The position numbers and the translations under genes are program-made. A stretch of 61,744 nt of DNA, filler included, from Choristocarpus tenellus KU-1152 (Eukaryota > Protista > Phaeophyceae), in NCBI GenBank assembly GCA_964200185.2. It is 10 parts of 10 records of this genome, joined end to end, with 100 filler letters (N's around TTAATTAATTAA, not from the genome) between each part and the next. Parts side by side here need not be neighbours in the genome. Positions count along the whole stretch, not along the records: positions 52,495 to 55,583 come from CAXNAD020022396.1; positions 55,684 to 58,371 come from CAXNAD020025641.1; positions 58,472 to 61,744 come from CAXNAD020021125.1; 7 more parts are not named here. One strand, 5' to 3'. The notes under the pieces were generated by a model. It was not told the DNA's origin and ran no database searches. It was given only the letters and a program-made list of their open reading frames with translations. This document shows positions 52,878 through 61,744 of this stretch, one piece after another; within the stretch, counting starts at the first letter, position 1; every line of letters starts with the position of its first letter.

Positions 52878-53609
52878 AATATTTATTGGGGGGGGGAAGC
52901 TTTGGGAGGTGCGCAGATTAACATGCACATCATCGTTGGAAGGATGCAGTGGTATAGTATATGAAATAAGGCAAAATACAAGTTGAAGGAATGCAGCCTA
53001 AGAACGTAAGGAGAGACAGCTTGCGATGATGTGTGTGGAGGAAACAAGAAGCGAGATGACAAAAAAGCTATGGACACAAACCTCATATCGGGATAGACAA
53101 GAAGCGTTTTGTCGTCCTTCCGATTGTAAAGGGTTAAAGTTAGGATGAGGGTCAGGGCTAGTCTAACCCCGTTGTCCCTCTGTGGAATGACCTACATAGC
53201 AGCATCTGTATCTTATCAGTCTGTGTAGATGGGGCGCACACTCATGAGTAGAGTAAAACACAACCTATCACACATTGATGGTACTTGTTTCACATAAACT
53301 TGATTCCTCCAGATATGGTACCTATAAAATCTTGTGAGCGCTGGCCTTTTGGGTTTGGCACTTTGCCCTGCAACAGTTCTTACATGTCTTTTGGACATCA
53401 ACGCAGCAGAAAGAGGTTATGCTATCAAGTAGATCTTGTCCTATAAAGCAACGCATTGTTAAAAATGGCATGGAAGAACACAGAATGGGAGATATTTCCC
53501 AAAAATGTACTGTTGGTGACTTTGGCTGAAGAAAACGATGCGTGAACCACCACACAATGAGGACTAAGTGTGACACTACCTTGTCGTTGGCACGACTCCT
53601 GCTACAGCA

Positions 53610-55348
53610 CTAGTCACTCTCGCTGCTGGTGAAGTCACTGCTTTGGCTCATCTCTTCGGGAATTGCGGCTGCATTGATTTTGCAACTGTTGGTAAAGTTT
53701 GAGGTCTGGATCTGCTCGCCCTTGTTTCCATGGAGTTGATCGCCATCCCAAGGGGGAGAGGGAGCTTTTCCTACGCTATCCGAATAACATCCATTAACTT
53801 CTTTTGTGTTGTATCCACTATCACGACTTTGAATAATATCATCTACTCCGAGTTCATCTCTCTCAGCTTTGTCCTTGGACGTGTTCAAACCCCCACAGCC
53901 GTCTTGAAAAGACTGGCCTTTCTCTTTGCTCCCCCCCGTCCCTGATGACTCTGGAGATGCATCACCAACCTGCTGAGCCTCTCGCACTGTACTTCCTGGT
54001 TTCCTCTTGATCAAGCCTTCTACTGTATCACTGGGACAGCTTTCTGAAGAGATCACACAATCCTCCAACCCACTAGACTGCACCATCACAGCCCCCTTAT
54101 CAGCAATGACCGGCTTGGGGTTGTCCTGCGTCCTGCTAGACCTCATCCCAGGGGGTCGTTGTGGCTGCTTAAGGTATACTGTTTGGCGTTTACCTCCCCC
54201 GCTGCTAATCTGACCCCTTTCAATGTCGGGAACAACCGAGGTTGTGAAACTGGATTGTCTTTCGATGCCTACAGACTTTGGTCGGCCTTCTGAACAAATT
54301 GGCCGAGGGGTAACTTCTGTACCCTTTATTGACGACGATTTGGCCTTATTCTCCATGCTTCCTTCTTCACTGACTTTCCTATATAAATGTGTAGTATTAA
54401 AACTGGACTGGCGGGGTAAAGAGTCTGTGAGAATCCCAATACGGGTGGTCCTTCGACCTCTCTGGAAGTTCTCTACTGCTGCCATAACAGAATGTTTGCG
54501 TGGAACACGCCGTCGGAGTGGACTTGACTGGGTTACAAAGCATCTTCCACCTTTTCGGGCCTGGAGAGAGGCGACATGTGGATTGAGAGAAGAATACAAA
54601 TGACAGAAGGACAATAAAAACGCTGCAAGGTAAGAAGAAATGGTGAGTTTAGGACAACGTTTTACACCGCTGCTCCCAGCATCACTGCAACAGAGACCTA
54701 CTATGTGGCACTATATATATATATATAGGTCGCAAATGTAGGTAGAGGGAAAGGTGAGCGCAAAGTCCACGTGCACAAATATGTGTTTTTTTGGTCTGAT
54801 ATGTGAGACAGCATATGGTGTCATCCTTTCCAAACTTACCATAGATTTCTTCTTCCTCATCCTCTCCACGAATTTACGTAAGGCATGCCCAATTTTTGTT
54901 AAGTCATAGACCACTCTGTTAGTCAGCTGGTCCAGGACCATGTTCAGCATATTCTGTGTAGCAGGAGACATTGATCGGAGAAGTCATATCGGGCAGGCAC
55001 CGTGACATCCCAAGGATTTACGATAAACACAAAACCTGGAAAGCAGCAACTACTTCTACAGTTTGATTGGTGCGTATTTGATCAAACTTACACACCAGGC
55101 ACTGAAAATGGTATCCCTCCGTAACCCCCTTTTACAAGCAACCAAAGGGTTTGGATTGCTGCTCTTATTGCCTCCTCACATCAATGGCCTTGTGAGAGAG
55201 CTTCTCCTGCTCAAAGTCGCGGCGGCCTGTCCACCCCCTGAACATGCGCTGGAGTTGTCTCGCACACTTATGCTTTTGAAAGATTGAGCGGGCCAAAACC
55301 TTCCGAACAAGTGTCTGTATAATGGTAACATCCTTCATTAGTTTATAC
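53610..55348 (-). CDS. IQ-motif protein, 3' part, with long disordered Ser-rich tail
   Basis: Exons 55348-55180 (IQTLVRKVLAR, LQRMFRGWTGR), 54953-54840 and 54560-53610 (stop). Junctions are GT-AG and in phase. Confidence 0.75.
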
Positions 55349-58300
55349 CTGGGGGAACAAGGGAGGGGACAAGGGGAGGGACTTAGATGGACACGGCATA
55401 GGCATCACACTTTCATATGCACCTTGTCTTTTAATTCAGGAGCGCAAGAGGTGATAACTAGGACAGAGAAGCACGAAGGGGAGCGATCTGTTTGCGGAGT
55501 TGTTAGTAGATAGTTATAATTGAAAAAAAAAAAAAAAAAGTACCAACGATGGCTCGTTAGCAAAAATGCATGGCCATCATGCGNNNNNNNNNNNNNNNNN
55601 NNNNNNNNNNNNNNNNNNNNNNNNNNNTTAATTAATTAANNNNNNNNNNNNNNNNNNNNNNNNNNNNNNNNNNNNNNNNNNNNGGATCTACACCAGAGTG
55701 TCCATTCAGGTCCTGACCAGGAAAAGTGCACTTCCATTATCCATCCGACACATGCAATCCAAATCATCCAAAAATTGCAACATGGAAAAATGGACCCCAA
55801 ATGGACAGCCGCCCCCCCCCCCCCCCCAGATACTTTGAGCCTTATTGTTGTCCCCATCTTGTATATTGTCGAAAGATAGTATGAAATAACTCCCTCTTCC
55901 AATATGGACGTTTAATAAGACCATTTAATGTCATTGTCCCTGTTCATCTACTCACATTAGGACAAACGGGCATTGGCATGAAGTACATTTCATTGCAAGT
56001 GTGATGATTGTTCCTGCGATGATTATTCCAGTGTCTTGTTTGGCAGTAGTAGTACTTGCGGGGACGAGCCTGGTATGGGTATGCGGAACAAACATCCCAT
56101 TTTGTCACATAGATGTGTGCAGACATTTGGTAGGGAGGAGATGGGGGCGGTTGAGAACCATGCTTATCATTAAAGGAGAGAGTATAGATTAGGATTGGGG
56201 GGCAAAATTTTAGTTGTGCTGAATGGAAAGCTTAGTTGCATGTAGAAATGACTCCCCTGGCTATGTATTGCTGCACAAAGGTAGGGGAAGGGGAGGACGC
56301 ATATCCTTTGTCGTTCTTTGGTGTGTCTTGTTCTATGGTGTACAGTTGACTTTGCTGTATGTGTAGATACATGAAATATGTTTTTTTATACACAAAATGG
56401 TACTGCTGAGGTTGGAGTTGGGGAGAAAACTACACCAATTACAACAGGGCATTTGAACTCTTGTAGCTACTTTGTCGTTTTGGGATAACAACATGTTTGA
56501 GACCCGACAAGAAACCCCTGGCCATTACTACTGCATGGGCAAATAAACCTTCTTGGACTTTCTCAAAACTGTAGTTGCCTCCATTTTCGTAGTTTATCAA
56601 CAACCTTCACATCCCCACCTAGGACGAATTTTCACAAACAAGCATATTGAAGATAGACAGCAATAGAGCCTCCACCTACAAGTCACTGCAACAAATTTCC
56701 TAAGCCTCCCTCATTATTCATGTCATTCTTGCCTTGAAGGCAGGAGTCTTATTGGAGGCTGCCGACACCCTGGCCTTGTCCGTGGTCTTGGACATTTTTT
56801 GCAGGAGTTTATCCATCTTGTTGGCATACCGTTCTTGGCAGCCCTCGCGTTGGCGTTCCCCTTTGGCTACCTGGGTTGTTCCACAAGAAAAAGCAGAGTG
56901 TCCAGCAGGGACAGGAGTGGTGGCAACTGTAAACAAGGGTAACTCTGGGAGGAGGGAATAAGAACGCCAGGAAGTCCACAAAACTTAGTCACTTGGACAA
57001 AGCGCACCTAATCAGTCGCAGTCAGCAGACAACTCCTAAGTACAATAGAATGAGTGATTGCCATGCTGTTAAATAAGCACAAATACGGAGTTGGCACATT
57101 CTTCTCTGAAAATAGGACCGCAAAAAGGAGAACATTGACTGTATTGTAGTAACAGAGGATTCCACGGTTACTCGCCGCTTTTGCATGCTCTTTCTCCTTG
57201 ATGAGAACCTGGTTTTTCTGGACCTCCATAGCAATCGTGGCCACCATCTCTCCAGTCTTGTTCACCTCACGCTCCTTGGCCTTCCACTCCTTGTTATTGG
57301 CACTAACATTTGCGATTTCCTACATTACGTTTTCGAAGTGTGTTGCAAGTAGTACCATGTGTCAGTGGTATTCTGGGGAAGTAAGGTACAGATGGTATAC
57401 ACAAGGTGAAAGGAAATTCGAATTAACCTTTCTACCTCTTGAAGAAAGAAACAGAAAAAACTTCAAAGTACAGCTATGACAGTGGATAAACAGAGATGAA
57501 CAAGGTACACAGCATAGGTCCAAGTTATTTTGTTTCATCTCTCCATCGCATCTATTTCTTTCTAAAGCCAAAGATTGGACTGAATCTGTCCTTAAAAATG
57601 CTTTCAGAAAATGGTCCTACTTTTTCTTCAACCTTCAGTGAAACATTTGTCTTTTGAAACACTCCATCATTACACAGTACAAATACCAATCGTTGCAATC
57701 ATCCTGAGAAAGTAGCTTCTAGATCTTTTGATGTCTGTCTGCATGAAATACTGAAAACTTATCCTGCGAGTGATAATGTTTGACTCTCTCTCACTTCTCA
57801 CAATATGTAAATGAATTGAAGATTGAATGCCTAAAATGATTGTGAACAGAGCTTCAAACCTGCTGAAATAGACCATTATTCCTAGCCTTGTAAGCGTGCT
57901 TGATCCTTCCCTTTATTTCCCTCATGTTTCTCTGACCCTCAAACACCTCTTGTTGGAGATACTCAGTACGGTTCTGGGTGTATGAAACGGAGTCAACAAG
58001 AAAAAATAATATATATGAATGACAAGAGACAGCCAGTCGTGCCAATTAGCCAAGACAATCAATGCAACTATTACTAATAATATTCTACAATCACTCATAC
58101 TAATGATAATAAATAATGTACTCTCCAACTAAAAGCAGTAACACTGAACATATCATCATCAAAATGAGTTAGTAGGAGAGGTTGCAGTAAACGCAAGGCT
58201 CAAGCACCAAATCCAGGGTTAATGCCTTGCACACTAACCCACACACATTCTTGGATAGATTGGTGGTATTTTGAAAATAAGAAATAGAATATTGTTTCCA

Positions 58301-58931
58301 ATCCTAGCCCTAGCGACCCAATTTATCTGGGAGGAGTGGGGGGGTCTAGACCAGGGTGTCCATTTGGATCANNNNNNNNNNNNNNNNNNNNNNNNNNNNN
58401 NNNNNNNNNNNNNNNTTAATTAATTAANNNNNNNNNNNNNNNNNNNNNNNNNNNNNNNNNNNNNNNNNNNNGAAGAGGGGGGGGGGGGGGGGGGGAGGGG
58501 GGGGGGGGGGGGGGGGGATAACCAGCTAAGCAAAAAATAAGTCACTGCATGCATACCATTGAAAACAAATATCATTAGTGTTTGCATTGAAAGAGTGTCG
58601 GAATGCATTCAGTGATGGTGTGCATTGGTCTATTTGGAGGTGGACATGCAAGAAAAACTAAACTGAGGGTCTTTGATCAGAATCAGACATATGAGAGATA
58701 TCCACCATGATCTTGATGACATTCAATTTACAAAAAATAATGGAGGACACATTTTTTTCCCCCACCGATCATACTTCACCCCAGCTACCCCCACGCAACT
58801 TCAAAACAAAGACAAGACCATATATTTAACCCTGCCTCAAAACACAAGAGTAGTGAGGGTTTCAACAAGCCTGTGAGGCCATGGCGATACCAAAGCCTTC
58901 CGTGTAGGTGTCAGACACAGCAGCAAAGCAC

Positions 58932-59780
58932 TACGCCACTATTGATGAGTAGCAAGCCTGAAGGAAGGCTGACATGAGGTCACACACCCACTGCGAAAAT
59001 GTCACATACCCTGTTAGAACCTTTGAGGGTGAGATATATTGGTGGGGGAGGGGGGATGGCGTTTGGGCGGTTTTGTAATGTATGGAGCACATGTGAAGTG
59101 CTCGATAGGTATTGGTTGTGCTGTACTGAACAATATATCAGCATATAGTAGAAAATTTACAATATGAATGCACCATGGTAATGGAGATCAAAACATATTC
59201 ACATCGACTTGTACATTGCTATTATCATTTTTTATGTTTTAGGGGTGGTTGGGGGTAGGTTGGAGGTACCACAAACATGTACCCTCTGTGTACTATCAAT
59301 TATCAATACCAACAATGTGATATAGGTGAGGGTTACCATGCTATATACCTACCTGTCAGTCAAAGTACCTTAGAGGGTAGAGCCGCGTCCATTTGGGGGC
59401 CAAACTCCAATGTAGCGATTTTGATTTAATTTTGGCTATCGTGTTTGTTAGGAAGAGTCAATATCCTTCTTCTGTGCACACCTTTCATAACGCATACATT
59501 TTACCTACTTCGAAACATTTCGGAGTAGGAAATGTAATAAAAAAACCTGTGGGAAGTCAAGCCACAAACGGACAAACAGGGCAAAACTCATACCCTCTAA
59601 GATACTTTCACTCAAAAACAGAAGATCAAGGCCAGACTGCAACAAACCCAACCTCAGCAATCACATCCCCTCTACAATCATCAGACCCTCCCTCTGTACC
59701 CCACCCCCCTCCATCTTTGCCTGCAATGATCCATACCTAAGCAGAGAATGCAGATAACACCTGAACGTGTATGTGTATGG

Positions 59781-59813
<33 letters not shown>

Positions 59814-60682
59814 ACTCTTCCCTCATAGCTCTTGATAAACCCATCTGCCCCGTTGGCAACAGTCTGGCCTCCGTCCACTTCCTTAACTCCTGACTGCCCA
59901 GCTGTGTACACCTGAGGCATGCCATGCAGAACGCCTGATCTCAACAACAATGGAAACCCAAAATGAAAAAAAGAAGAAATAATCAGGCCAACCAATTGGT
60001 GTGCGAGTGTGTGCATGTGAAATGCTTTTGGTTCTTAGTATTTGAAATATTTGCATAAACAATGACAAATAATTCTTGTTTTCATTGCTGTATTCCAAAT
60101 GTTTAATTGCTCATGCGATGGAAATATTGTGTCAACCTAGGATGTATCTTCTTTTCATTCACCCACATCACCGTATCAATTGCATTGGCAGGAGCTGTAT
60201 GTTTCGATTATTTTCTTTTTCTTCCTTAATGACATTTAGAAAACCAGGGTAGGCGTTTTTTGTTGATCGACAGAGCATTCATAATATCGATATTTACATA
60301 TACATATACATACATCATGTACAGGTTAGGAAACAATAAGAACTAATGCTACTACTAAAATCAATAGACATATTCAAGCATTAACTAGGCACGCCTAATA
60401 AACACACCCACACTCTCACTGACTTCTAATACTGCATGTACACATAAACAAGGCAACGCCTCACATATTCACACAAAACCCAGCAGATTAAATCACGAAG
60501 AACAACAAATAATAGACATAAGAAAACAACCACTCCACCCTCATCATGTTTTTATTGCTACAAAAATAATTTGACATACTATATTGTCAATTCCACTGAA
60601 CCTTGATGTCTACAATGTGAAGCTCCACCAGTGTGTTCACGCCATTGTCTGTCAGCCCCATCCCCAGCACACCTGCCACGTT
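58932..60682 (-). CDS. Possible terminal exons of an unknown gene
   Basis: Candidate exons ~60682-60602, ~59934-59841 and ~59010-58932 join in phase (…VELHIVDIK|AFCMACLR…GQM|GYVTFSQW…*). No recognisable domain and a weak first acceptor. Confidence 0.3.
59357..59613 (+). mobile_element. Sola-type MITE, full length, no TSD
   Basis: cagtcaaagtaccttagagggtag...ccctctaagatactttcactc. Confidence 0.88.
59767..59812. repeat. (GT)n microsatellite
   Basis: Directly visible; similar tracts at ~22269-22300 (GT) and ~61092-61111 (GA). Confidence 0.9.
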
Positions 60683-61744
60683 CTAGGATCTCCCACAAGC
60701 GATCCTCTCGCTCAATTGTTTTTTACAAATACCTAACGATAATGATAACGATATGCAGTATCTACGGTCTTCTATTGAGTCGCAAAAAGAGAAACTAAAC
60801 TCAAATCAAAAATTCAAAAACTAAACAATATGTTGTCTAACTCTTCTGCAACCACAATAGAGAACTCAGAGCGATAGAGAGTGCCAGCCAAGGGGTAACA
60901 GGCAACACATGTCTCAACTAATGCTGGACACATATCCACCATCATCAAACCGCTTACTACAACAACACAGTGAAAATATTTGATAACATAAAATGTTTGG
61001 TAGGGTTGACACACAATAAGTTGCATTTACAGTGGAGATATATATTGGTGTTGTTTCAGGGTATGGACGGTGTTTCATGTCCTGAGTGCGTGAGAGAGAG
61101 AGAGAGAGAGATGGCAAACTCTACAACAAATTGAGTAAGGTATGAGTATCCGTCAGTATATCTCTACTACACAACAACAGCACCATCACCTCAGTAGCGT
61201 AGCAGCAGAAACAGTGGGTAGCATCAACATGCTACTACTAGTATAAGATGTATAGTCTATACCCAAACAAGTACAATACATAATATCAATTCATAGTCAA
61301 AGACAAATAAATATAAATATTTTACACTATATATAGAGAAAACTGTGTTCAAAATATTCTTGTGACTTTCACTACATTTAACAACAATAATTCACGCTCA
61401 CATATCACCCTTAAACTATCGATAGTGTATTCTACATGCTACATACTACCATGTCGTTGTAGGAGTAGGAAGTACTTGGTCCGTAAGTACCATGCCAGAG
61501 ATGGATGGGCTATCTCCATACACTGCCAACAACATCATGAGAGTCAACCGACTACGAGGTAAGCAAGTTTGCATTTTAAGGATACCTAGAAAGGGCAAAA
61601 GCACACCATTTCTTACAATTGAAGAAAGAGACTTTGTTGAATTGTGGTAACACCTTGTGTGTGGCAAAGGGGAATATCAATATTGCGTAAACTATACAGG
61701 AATACAGCATTGAAATACAGTGTATTCCCTCAAAGTATCTGGGG

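Noticed and set aside
56700-58060. Harbinger-like two-ORF remnant (with weak similarity to ~10100-10500)
   Set aside because: Similarity is too weak and the strand ambiguous to support a feature call.
61462-61558. Plus-strand exon-like segment ending in GTAAGC
   Set aside because: It is isolated, with no partner exons or recognisable product.

Overview
Eukaryotic, intron-rich, transposon-dense DNA, most likely from a brown alga or close heterokont relative (inferred from a bipartite plastid-targeting presequence, the repeat content and scattered TTAGGG tracts). The window is not contiguous: ten contigs are joined by nine artificial 100-bp linkers (N44-TTAATTAATTAA-N44). Host genes reconstructed by hand from splice sites: a membrane-anchored GH16 beta-1,3-glucanase (3 exons), the 5' part of a plastid-targeted glutathionyl-hydroquinone reductase (5 exons), a 7-exon protein with a lipoyl-like domain that lacks the lipoyl-lysine, a complete ARF1 (181 aa, one GC-AG intron), and the 3' end of an IQ-motif protein. 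The main accessory signal is a Sola-type DNA transposon system. It comprises (i) 11 copies of a ~260-bp MITE with 5'-GAG...CTC-3' TIRs, 4-bp TSDs and an internal hairpin, (ii) sister families sharing a CAAAGTATCT TIR core at about 9 contig ends, and (iii) an intron-rich Sola/DUF7869-like transposase fragment with a single visible 2-bp lesion. Also present are remnants of DD39D plant-type mariner, CRE-type and RTE-type LINEs, and more tentative piggyBac, Harbinger, MULE and IS630/Tc1-like elements. All family assignments rest on recalled motifs; no searches were run.
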